Assembly (NCBI GenBank): GCA_017412245.1
Contig: JAFPYI010000023.1
Coordinates: 12,288-76,287, forward strand
DNA from: Paludibacteraceae bacterium
Lineage (GTDB): Bacteria; Bacteroidota; Bacteroidia; Bacteroidales; Paludibacteraceae
Direction of reading: 5' to 3'
DNA length: 64,000 bases
The notes under the pieces are model-generated. The model saw nothing but the letters and a program-made list of their open reading frames with translations, was not told where the DNA came from and ran no database searches. Shown here in pieces: positions 47,389 through 55,108 of the stretch (positions within the stretch are counted from its first letter, which is position 1; each line of letters opens with the position of its first letter). The translations under genes and the position numbers were made by a program.

Positions 47389-48464
47389 TATTTCTGTTCC
47401 TTTACTTTTGCCAAATAAATCTTCTGCCGCGTACGAAACACTTGCAACGAAGGTTCGAAACCATTATACTTCTGCACGGCTTTCATTTGCACGCCTTCCC
47501 GTTGACAGATATCCCAAAGTGTTTCTCCGGGATGCACCCACATCAACTCTTTTTCCTTGGGTGCAGCGGTGCGTTTTTTGCTTAAGAAAATGCGTTCTCC
47601 AATTTTAAGTTCACGTCCCAATGCATCATTATTCTCTCTTAAGGTACGCTCGCGCACATTTAAGCGAAAAGCCACATTCGCATACGTATCGCCCTCACGC
47701 GCTTCAACATAAGTCACACCATTGCATTTTTTCTTTGGATGATTCAAAAAAAACTGCTCTTCCTCTTGTACTGCGGTCAATGGAGCAATATATTCAGGCT
47801 CCGGATCTCGATTGATTATTTTTATTGGTTCTGTCATTTTAACTACAGTAGCTTTTTTTGCCGTTCCTTGCGACACTACTTCGGGTTTTGGACGAGCAGC
47901 GGACAATGGCTTTGCTTCCGGTCCGGGAGTATAAGGAGTGCCGGCAACTGAACCATTAGCCAACGTATCCAAACGATAATCTTCTATCAGTTTAATCAAT
48001 TTCTGAGCATACGTCTTGTCCGTCGCATAACCACATTGTTTTAACCGATATGCCCAACCATCATAATCTTCAACTGCAATCTCAAAACACGAAGCATATC
48101 GCGGACGTTGTAAAAACAAAGCATGGTCCTTGAAACTCTCTGCCGCATCGTAATACTGACGGAAACACTCTCCTTCACTATCATCATCATGATAATATAC
48201 ACCACCGAACCAATCGCCGGTGCATTTAATACCAAAATGATTTTTAGCGTTTACGGCTAATTCACTCTTTCCCGCGCCTGATTCCAATAAGGCCTGCGCC
48301 ATGATGATAGAAGCCGGAATACCGTAATCCTGTTGATTTTGAACCGCCACGCCTTTCCATTGCTCAATATACGACAAATAGTCTGCATTTTGTTTCTGTG
48401 CAAACACACTAACGCTCAGCAAAAGAGCAAAAATAATAACTGTTTTCTTCATTTTAATAATCAT
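47388..48464 (-). CDS. peptidoglycan hydrolase: N-acetylglucosaminidase domain + two LysM domains
   Basis: 358 aa with a signal peptide. Glucosaminidase signature IPASIIMAQALLESGAGKSELAVNAKNHFGIK. Two LysM-like segments (YVEAREGDTYANVAFRLNV..; WVHPGETLWDICQREGVQMKAVQKYN). Confidence 0.88.
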   Translation of the reverse strand: MIIKMKKTVIIFALLLSVSVFAQKQNADYLSYIEQWKGVAVQNQQDYGIPASIIMAQALLESGAGKSELAVNAKNHFGIKCTGDWFGGVYYHDDDSEGECFRQYYDAAESFKDHALFLQRPRYASCFEIAVEDYDGWAYRLKQCGYATDKTYAQKLIKLIEDYRLDTLANGSVAGTPYTPGPEAKPLSAARPKPEVVSQGTAKKATVVKMTEPIKIINRDPEPEYIAPLTAVQEEEQFFLNHPKKKCNGVTYVEAREGDTYANVAFRLNVRERTLRENNDALGRELKIGERIFLSKKRTAAPKEKELMWVHPGETLWDICQREGVQMKAVQKYNGFEPSLQVFRTRQKIYLAKVKEQK

Positions 48465-48481
48465 TTACGCAAATTATCGTG

Positions 48482-48529
48482 CAAAAATACTAAAAAGTTT
48501 GCATATATGCAAAAAAAGTAGTACTTTTG
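48482..48529. promoter_or_regulatory. second symmetric bidirectional promoter module (glucosaminidase operon leftward, lipoprotein/DAHP synthase rightward)
   Basis: CAAAAATA-ctaaaaag-TTTGCATATATGCAAA-aaaagtag-TACTTTTG. The same 16-bp palindrome (48498-48513) and the same 8+8+16+8+8 geometry as at 9303-9350. Confidence 0.65.
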
Positions 48530-48549
48530 CAGCGTAAAATTTTATTTTT

Positions 48550-49008
48550 ATGAAAAAAATCATATTTATTGCGCTTTTAGCAATGGTTAGTTTTGGATTT
48601 TTCAGTTGTGAAAGAAACCAAGAACCTTGCAAATTCCACGCACAGACGTTGGACCTTACTGTTAAACAAGCTGATTGGCAGTGGGATGAGAATACTGAGC
48701 AGTTCTATTTTCATTTTGATGTGCCTGAACTGACTTGGGATATCTACGATTACGGAAACTGGACCATCTGCCGTGAGTATAATTATGGTACAGCAGATGC
48801 ATACCAAGTGGCATTGCCGGAAAGTTCCTATATGTGGGAAAACGTAGAGGACTCTGTTACACACCAGGTAACTACAATCTACTACACGCAGCACATCGAT
48901 TATCGCATTGGAGTAGGTTATGTAGAAATCCAGTTGACCAACTCAGACTACACCTACACTGCTGAGAATCCGGAGACCATGCATTTCCGCTTACAACTGA
49001 TTTATTAA
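48550..49008 (+). CDS. small lipoprotein of unknown function
   Basis: 152 aa. Lipoprotein signal MKKIIFIALLAMVSFGFFSC. Trp/Tyr-rich. No family recognised. Confidence 0.6.
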   Translation: MKKIIFIALLAMVSFGFFSCERNQEPCKFHAQTLDLTVKQADWQWDENTEQFYFHFDVPELTWDIYDYGNWTICREYNYGTADAYQVALPESSYMWENVEDSVTHQVTTIYYTQHIDYRIGVGYVEIQLTNSDYTYTAENPETMHFRLQLIY

Positions 49009-50059
49009 GGCACTAATCAGCAATCGTAAATTTTATATTGCAGGTTCCTGTAGCGCCGAATCGCGCGAACAGGTCTTACTCACCGCACGCTTAATTCAAC
49101 AAGCAGGCGGTGAGTTGCCGATTATTTTTCGCGCAGGCGTGTGGAAACCGAGAACCAGTCCAAACACGTTCCAAGGCGCCGGAGAGCAAGCATTGGCATG
49201 GCTTCAAGAAGTTAAAAAGACATTCGGAATGGAGATAGCTACAGAAGTGGCGACTCCCGAACATGTTCAAAAAGCACTTGATGCATGCATTGACTATCTC
49301 TGGTTAGGAGCAAGAACGACAGCGAATCCTATTGCTGTGCAAGAATTGGCGGATGCTATTGTTGCCCATTCCCATAAACCAAAAGCAATTCTCGTCAAAA
49401 ATCCTGTGCATAACGATCCTGAGTTATGGATAGGCGATTTGGAACGTTTGGAAGCGAAAGGCTTGTCTGTTATTGCCGTGCATCGCGGATGTAATCACAA
49501 ACCTTGTTGGGCAATGGCGCATCATTTGCGAGAAAAAAGACCGGACATCCCATTGCTTATCGATCCGAGTCATATGAGCGGAAATGCGCAATACATCTCC
49601 GCATTGCTTGCGAAAGCGGCAGAACTGCAATACGATGGTTCGATGATTGAAGTGCATCCGTGTCCGGGAAACGCACTTTCTGACTCCAAACAGCAGATTA
49701 CGCCTGACCAATACAAACAAATTGTGAACGGGTCAATATCGAGCCAATCTCGAACCAATCTCGAACCAATTACGAGAGATAAGGCTGAACAGAAAGACAA
49801 CTCTACTCTACTCTGGTTACGCGCAGAAATTGACGAGTTGGACGACCAACTATGGCAAACGATTGCAGACCGGATGAAAGTCAGTCAACGTATCGGAGAA
49901 TGGAAAAAAGCCAATCATATTGCTCCACTCCAACCACAGCGATATGCACAGATTTTAGCAGAAAGATTGCAATGGGCGGAACAAAACGGACTTTCTCAGG
50001 AACTCATTCAGCATATTTTTGATGCCATTCACAAGGAGAGCCTCAAAAAGCAAGAATAA
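49001..50059 (+). CDS. bifunctional 3-deoxy-7-phosphoheptulonate (DAHP) synthase type I-beta / chorismate mutase (AroQ); start codon unresolved
   Basis: Maximal open frame. DAHP synthase motifs FYIAGSCSAES, IFRAGVWKPRTSP..FQG, LGARTT and IDPSH. C-terminal AroQ helix pattern LLWLRAEIDELDDQLWQTIADRMKVSQRIGEWK. The first canonical start (TTG 49115) lies downstream of the conserved N-terminal motif. Confidence 0.88.
   Translation, partial: FIKALISNRKFYIAGSCSAESREQVLLTARLIQQAGGELPIIFRAGVWKPRTSPNTFQGAGEQALAWLQEVKKTFGMEIATEVATPEHVQKALDACIDYLWLGARTTANPIAVQELADAIVAHSHKPKAILVKNPVHNDPELWIGDLERLEAKGLSVIAVHRGCNHKPCWAMAHHLREKRPDIPLLIDPSHMSGNAQYISALLAKAAELQYDGSMIEVHPCPGNALSDSKQQITPDQYKQIVNGSISSQSRTNLEPITRDKAEQKDNSTLLWLRAEIDELDDQLWQTIADRMKVSQRIGEWKKANHIAPLQPQRYAQILAERLQWAEQNGLSQELIQHIFDAIHKESLKKQE
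49724..49776 (+). repeat. copy B of the 11-bp-phased TCGA element, in frame at the DAHP synthase / chorismate mutase junction
   Basis: GTGAACGGGTCAATATCGAG-ccaatctcgaa-ccaatctcgaa-ccaattacgag. It is translated as ..IVNGSISSQSRTNLEPITRD.. in the interdomain linker. Confidence 0.85.
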
Positions 50060-50061
50060 AC

Positions 50062-52917
50062 GTGCGGAAACGACTCCTGTACATATTTTTTCTTGTCTGC
50101 GCTACAATAACTTGGGCGCAAGAGACATCTGTGCAAAGAACAGGTATCTCCGGAACTGTCGTCGATGCGGATACAGGAGAGACATTACCTTTCGTACAGA
50201 TATACTTCCTCAAATCCACCAACGACCGAGGAATGGTTCCTTCTGCGGTAGGTACGACATCGGATTTGGACGGTAAATTTCAAATCAGCAACACCGAAGG
50301 ATATACCACTTTGCATTTCCAGATGATGGGTTATAAGACGGAAATGCTCACACTCCGCAAAGGTCAAAACCGCAAGGATGTCAAAGTAAAAATGACACCT
50401 GATGTGTACGGATTGCAAGATATCGTGGTTACTCCGAAGCATCGCAAACGCGAATATAAGCGCAAAGGCAATCCGGCTGTTGAGTTGATAAAGAACGTTA
50501 TTGCACACAAGGATTCGTTCTGTGTCACCACTTCTGACCAATATACCGCACAGACTTATTCGCGAATGTCTTTTGCGTTGGATAATCTCAAAATGAATTT
50601 CAAAAAAGGCTTCTGGAAAAGTTTTGATTTTATTGAGAAATACATCGACACAACAGGAACCTATCCGAATCTGACAGTCAGCATTCGCGAACATTTGGGT
50701 GAAGAATATTACCAACGCAAACCACACCGTGAGAAGAAAATCCTGATGAAGAAACGTATTTTCGGTGTGGAAGATGTGCTTTCTTCCGGAACATTGAAAC
50801 AAACGACAGAAGCGGTCTTTCGAGATGTAGATATCAACGATAATAGCATGAATCTGCTCTTCAATCGTTTTGTCTCTCCTTTGTCTTCCACATTGGCAGT
50901 TACGTTCTATCAATACTATATTATGGATACCATCATGGTGGACGGCTATCCTTGTATAGATTTAGCTTTCGTGCCTGTTAACTCCGAGAGTTATGGATTT
51001 ACGGGACACTTGTATATTGTTAACGATTCCACTTTCCGGCTGAAAAAATATGCCATTAACGTACCACCGGATATCAACTTAAATTTCGTTAGCAACTACT
51101 CGTTGGAACATAGTTACAAACAATTGGAAAATGGTCTATGGGCACCAGATAGAACGACTACTTATGCTAAATTCTATATACTGAACAACAAACGTGGTTT
51201 GTTAGCTCGGCAGACGAAAATCTATACCGATTGGGATTTAGAAACACCTATTTCCAAAGAGACGTTCTCCAGTTTAACACCGACAGATGAATCCTCTGCA
51301 ATAGAGACCAACGACTCGTCGGCAGTACGTATTGCCTCGAAAGATTGGGACAACCTGCGTCCTGAACCTTTGACAAAAGCAGAGAGTTCCGTTGTGGACT
51401 TAGTAAACGAATTTACTTCCACACCGAAATTCAATAGTCTTGCTCTATTTGCAAACGCTATCTCTACGCAATACGTACCAACCAAACCTTCGCGTATCAT
51501 GAACGAGAGCAAGTTTGATATCGGACCGATATACAACTTCTTGAGTTGGAATATGCTGGAAGGTGTTCGTCTTCGTTTTGGTGGTATGACCACCGCAAAA
51601 CTGCACCCGCAAATATATGCTCGTGGTTATGTTGCGTTTGGTACAACTGATTTGCGCCCTAAATACGAAGCCACGCTTATTTATACTTTCGACAAGCATA
51701 AGTCACAACCTTTTGATGGCATCCGTCATCATTTGCAATGGACGGCAATGTACGATGTTGAGGAACCTGGAAAAGATGTTGACATGATTCGTCGTGACCA
51801 TATCTTAATGTCTATTCCTACCAGCAAACCTGTTATCGGATTTAATCAATATGTTTTCCATGCTAAAATGGAATACATGAAGGAATGGCGCAATAATTTG
51901 TCCTTACGCGCATCTTTTGATTTCACGAATAACGAAGCCGCAGGAGCATTGAAATACAATCGCATTGATTGGAATATGAATAGCGATTCCACATGGACTT
52001 CCAGCCTTACAAATATCGGTTCGTATCGTTGTTACGAAGGAATGTTGGAGTTACAATACATGCCCGGAACACGTTTGTATATCAATCGAATGGGTTATTC
52101 CAGTCCGTTTGCATTAGACACAGATGCACCTACTATCAAATTAACACACTATGTAGGATATTTGGACGACCGACATAACGGAGGTACCGGATTTATCTAC
52201 AACCGTACGGAATTCCTTTTTGACAAACGTTTCTGGTTCTCGGCTTTCGGACACTTAGACCTGCGCGTGCAAACCGGTATGGTTTGGCAAAAAGTGCCGT
52301 TCACTAAACTGTTTATCCCGAATACTTCTACCAGCATTTTACTCGCCATGCGTTCGTTCAACCAGATGAAACCTATGGAATTCATCATGGATGAGTATGT
52401 TGCACTTTATGCCACCTATTATTTCAAAGGCTGGCTTCTAAATCGTATTCCGGGTATCAACAAACTGAAGCTCCGTGGTGTAGTTAGTTTCGCCGGAGTA
52501 TATGGCGGTTTGAGCAAAAAGAACAACCCTTATTTGGAAACCGGTAATGGTTTGTATGAATTCCCACACTCAGATTTCGGACCAATAACCGACAACGCGT
52601 TTGACCATAATGGTTATCTTCAGGACGGTTATCGCACGGCATCTCCTATTGGCAAACTGCCTTATATGGAAGTAACAGCAGGATTTGAGAATATCTTCAA
52701 ATTCATCCGTATCGATTATATCCGTCGTATCACATACAATGATTATGAACTGCCATATCTAATCCAAAAGATGGAACCCATCGATGCTAATAAACCTACA
52801 CTTGGTTTCCGTCCTGCGGTAGACGAAAATGGCGATCCTGTAATGATTCATGGTCGTCGAAAAATCGGCGCATGGGGACGAAACGGAGTAAAAATAACCA
52901 TACGAATAGCCTTATAA
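50062..52917 (+). CDS. outer-membrane protein with N-terminal carboxypeptidase-regulatory-like domain (DUF5686-like)
   Basis: 951 aa with a GTG start. Signal peptide, then ISGTVVDADTGETLPFVQIYF...DGKFQI...LHFQMMGY (CarboxypepD_reg pattern). A long beta-rich region follows. No clear TonB plug motif seen. Confidence 0.6.
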   Translation: MRKRLLYIFFLVCATITWAQETSVQRTGISGTVVDADTGETLPFVQIYFLKSTNDRGMVPSAVGTTSDLDGKFQISNTEGYTTLHFQMMGYKTEMLTLRKGQNRKDVKVKMTPDVYGLQDIVVTPKHRKREYKRKGNPAVELIKNVIAHKDSFCVTTSDQYTAQTYSRMSFALDNLKMNFKKGFWKSFDFIEKYIDTTGTYPNLTVSIREHLGEEYYQRKPHREKKILMKKRIFGVEDVLSSGTLKQTTEAVFRDVDINDNSMNLLFNRFVSPLSSTLAVTFYQYYIMDTIMVDGYPCIDLAFVPVNSESYGFTGHLYIVNDSTFRLKKYAINVPPDINLNFVSNYSLEHSYKQLENGLWAPDRTTTYAKFYILNNKRGLLARQTKIYTDWDLETPISKETFSSLTPTDESSAIETNDSSAVRIASKDWDNLRPEPLTKAESSVVDLVNEFTSTPKFNSLALFANAISTQYVPTKPSRIMNESKFDIGPIYNFLSWNMLEGVRLRFGGMTTAKLHPQIYARGYVAFGTTDLRPKYEATLIYTFDKHKSQPFDGIRHHLQWTAMYDVEEPGKDVDMIRRDHILMSIPTSKPVIGFNQYVFHAKMEYMKEWRNNLSLRASFDFTNNEAAGALKYNRIDWNMNSDSTWTSSLTNIGSYRCYEGMLELQYMPGTRLYINRMGYSSPFALDTDAPTIKLTHYVGYLDDRHNGGTGFIYNRTEFLFDKRFWFSAFGHLDLRVQTGMVWQKVPFTKLFIPNTSTSILLAMRSFNQMKPMEFIMDEYVALYATYYFKGWLLNRIPGINKLKLRGVVSFAGVYGGLSKKNNPYLETGNGLYEFPHSDFGPITDNAFDHNGYLQDGYRTASPIGKLPYMEVTAGFENIFKFIRIDYIRRITYNDYELPYLIQKMEPIDANKPTLGFRPAVDENGDPVMIHGRRKIGAWGRNGVKITIRIAL

Positions 52918-52926
52918 CGAATAGAT

Positions 52927-53721
52927 ATGAAACACATCGGATTAACTATTTTATGCCTTTGGGCGTCACTCAGCATTACGGCGCAAGTGAATATCAACGA
53001 AGCTGTCCAACGCAATTTGGAAGAAGCAAGGCTTAGGTTGGAAGATTTCAACAAAGAGCGATTGTTAGATTCGTTGGATCAGAAAGACCTGCCTAAATTA
53101 GTTTCAGGTGGTATATTAGGATTTGCGGATATGAGTAATTATATCATTACTCGTAGCCACAATACGATGAGTTCACACATGCGTGTAGGAGGAGAATTAG
53201 GCGGTTTCTTGGATTTCTCGCTTCACCAGCATTTCGCTATTCAACCGCAAATCATCTTTACCGCTCAGCAAAATCATTTTGAAGCCACAGATACAACTAA
53301 CCATCTTTGGTCATTCGGCGTGGATATTCCTATCTATTTCTTAGGAAGGTTTGGTAATATGCAGAAAGGTTACATTCAGTTTGGAGCTGGTATTTTCACC
53401 CACTTCACCTTTGCTTCAAATATCGCCAATAAGTTTGAAAACGTAGATCAGCCCGAAGGTGTCACGCCAAGCAGTATTCCGCAAAAAGAAGCGGAAAATA
53501 GTTACGACTATAGTCGTTTGTACACGCTCCATAATAACCACTTCGGTGTCTGTGCAACGGTTGGATATGAGTTTCCCATCGGCATTCAGATCAATGCGCA
53601 ATATAAAGTCAGTCTATCCGACATTGCGGGATTCTATAGTGAGATGAAGGGAAAAGAAATAGCCGATGCACTTATTTATCCTCAATCGGTTTCTTTAGGT
53701 ATCGGCTATAGATGGAAATAA
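52927..53721 (+). CDS. outer-membrane beta-barrel (porin-family) protein
   Basis: 264 aa with a signal peptide. Alternating beta-strand pattern. Terminal ..SVSLGIGYRWK. Confidence 0.55.
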   Translation: MKHIGLTILCLWASLSITAQVNINEAVQRNLEEARLRLEDFNKERLLDSLDQKDLPKLVSGGILGFADMSNYIITRSHNTMSSHMRVGGELGGFLDFSLHQHFAIQPQIIFTAQQNHFEATDTTNHLWSFGVDIPIYFLGRFGNMQKGYIQFGAGIFTHFTFASNIANKFENVDQPEGVTPSSIPQKEAENSYDYSRLYTLHNNHFGVCATVGYEFPIGIQINAQYKVSLSDIAGFYSEMKGKEIADALIYPQSVSLGIGYRWK

Positions 53722-53733
53722 GATAATTTTTCT

Positions 53734-54204
53734 TTACTCTTCCGGTTTCTCCGGCTCTTTAGGTTTTGGCAGTCGTTTCTTAGAGAATACGACTCTTTCG
53801 TTGAGGAAGAAGTTTAGTAGTCCAGAGAAACAGAGTGCTACGATATTACAAAGTAGTACATGCCAGTGGAACACACTTTCCAACAAAAGCAGAATAGCCA
53901 TCTTAACTGAAAAAGCACTTACGCACGAGAGGTTATAACCTCCAAAATGCCGCAAAAAAGATAAGGTGGAAATGTGAGATATTCTATCTTGCCAGACAAA
54001 GAAATAAGCAATCGTAAAATTGGTCAGCACAGCACATTCAAACGACAAGAACGGTGCTAACAAATACTCAGCCCAATAAGTCTTAGGCAATAATATATCC
54101 GAGCATAACCATAGTACGAACATGTCCACTGCCGTACCGGCTAAGGTAGAGGCAGCGAACTTAACGTAGCGTACTAATAAGGTAAATGCCGTTTGCTTAT
54201 TCAT
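53734..54204 (-). CDS. GtrA family membrane protein
   Basis: 156 aa with four TM helices. GtrA-like N-terminus (YVKFAASTLAGTAVDMFVLWL) and ..NFFLNERVVF. Confidence 0.78.
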   Translation of the reverse strand: MNKQTAFTLLVRYVKFAASTLAGTAVDMFVLWLCSDILLPKTYWAEYLLAPFLSFECAVLTNFTIAYFFVWQDRISHISTLSFLRHFGGYNLSCVSAFSVKMAILLLLESVFHWHVLLCNIVALCFSGLLNFFLNERVVFSKKRLPKPKEPEKPEE

Positions 54205-54213
54205 TCCGTTATC

Positions 54214-54927
54214 TTATTCTTTATCCTCTTTCTTAGGAAGCGGGTCACGTTCTGCGAACCAACGGAGATCCGAGAAGAAACTATGAATATAGATGACTAC
54301 CAGTATTAACAAGATAGCTAATCCCACCAAATCCAATGTTCCAAGAACCACCGTTCTACCCATAATCGGCAATGACAGATGGAACTGTGTTAAGAATGGC
54401 ACGTACATCAGGATGATACATGCAATTGCGATGATTACACGGAACTCCGTGGGACCAAGTTTGCCGTAGGTCAGTTTGAACTCACTCTTGATGTGTGCAT
54501 TAATACTGACATAGACAGTCATCGCCAGATATGCAGCATATATAGCAAGCGAAACACTCATGTGCATCAAGGGAGAGAGACCTGCACCAATAAACATCAT
54601 AGCCTCTGTGATAACGTCCATGTTATGGTCCAGATAATAACCATAGAGCGGGCGTTGCTGCTCTCTCACACGCGCGATAGTACCATCCGTAGAGTCGCCA
54701 AGCCAGTGAATAAACAGACCTCCGACAGTAAGCCAAAGCCAATAGATGCTATACCATGTAAGCGCAAATCCCAGACCACAGAGAAGAGCGCCAAAGACGC
54801 CCAACCAAGTCATCATATCACTGGTAACCCATTTCGGGAAATGGTTGGCCAGCCAAACCAGAACTTTCTTTTCAGAAGCGTTTAGAATAGAAGTTTGTAT
54901 TCTAACAGATTGTTTTTTTTCTTCCAT
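54214..54927 (-). CDS. CDP-alcohol phosphatidyltransferase family protein
   Basis: 237 aa polytopic protein. Motif DGTIAR-x9-G-x3-D-x3-D (DSTDGTIARVREQQRPLYGYYLDHNMD). Confidence 0.85.
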   Translation of the reverse strand: MEEKKQSVRIQTSILNASEKKVLVWLANHFPKWVTSDMMTWLGVFGALLCGLGFALTWYSIYWLWLTVGGLFIHWLGDSTDGTIARVREQQRPLYGYYLDHNMDVITEAMMFIGAGLSPLMHMSVSLAIYAAYLAMTVYVSINAHIKSEFKLTYGKLGPTEFRVIIAIACIILMYVPFLTQFHLSLPIMGRTVVLGTLDLVGLAILLILVVIYIHSFFSDLRWFAERDPLPKKEDKE

Positions 54928-54970
54928 TGTATATTTATTAAATAATGTATGTTAAACGAAAAAAATCGTG

Positions 54971-55002
54971 CAAAGGTACTGCTTTTTTTTGAATTATGCA
55001 AT
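54971..55002 (-). promoter_or_regulatory. Bacteroidota-type promoter of the CDP-alcohol transferase/GtrA operon
   Basis: The minus strand has -7 TACCTTTG (54978..54971). A -33-like ATTG(CATA) sits at the 24-nt offset. Confidence 0.5.
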
Positions 55003-55051
55003 TCTAAATCTTAAAAAGTGTGTATCTCATTCAAAATAATCGTAAATAAAA

Positions 55052-55083
55052 CAAAAAAGAGGCAATTTGAAAACTGCCTCTCT
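55052..55083 (-). terminator. rho-independent terminator of the giant surface-protein gene
   Basis: Minus strand: stem AGAGGCA, 10-nt loop, stem TGCCTCT (plus-strand 55058-55064 / 55075-55081), followed by TTTTTTG. It lies about 25 nt after the stop. Confidence 0.65.
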
Positions 55084-55108
55084 TTCTAAATATTTACCCA
55101 CTATAGGA

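Noticed and set aside
54913-54920. A8 homopolymer in codons 3-5 of the CDP-alcohol phosphatidyltransferase gene (ATGGAAGAAAAAAAACAA), plus T8 runs in nearby promoters (54983-54990, 23080-23087), as possible slipped-strand phase-variation switches.
   Set aside because: Eight nucleotides is at the lower limit for slippage. The tracts are expected in AT-rich Lys codons and promoter spacers. I cannot judge length polymorphism from a single sequence.
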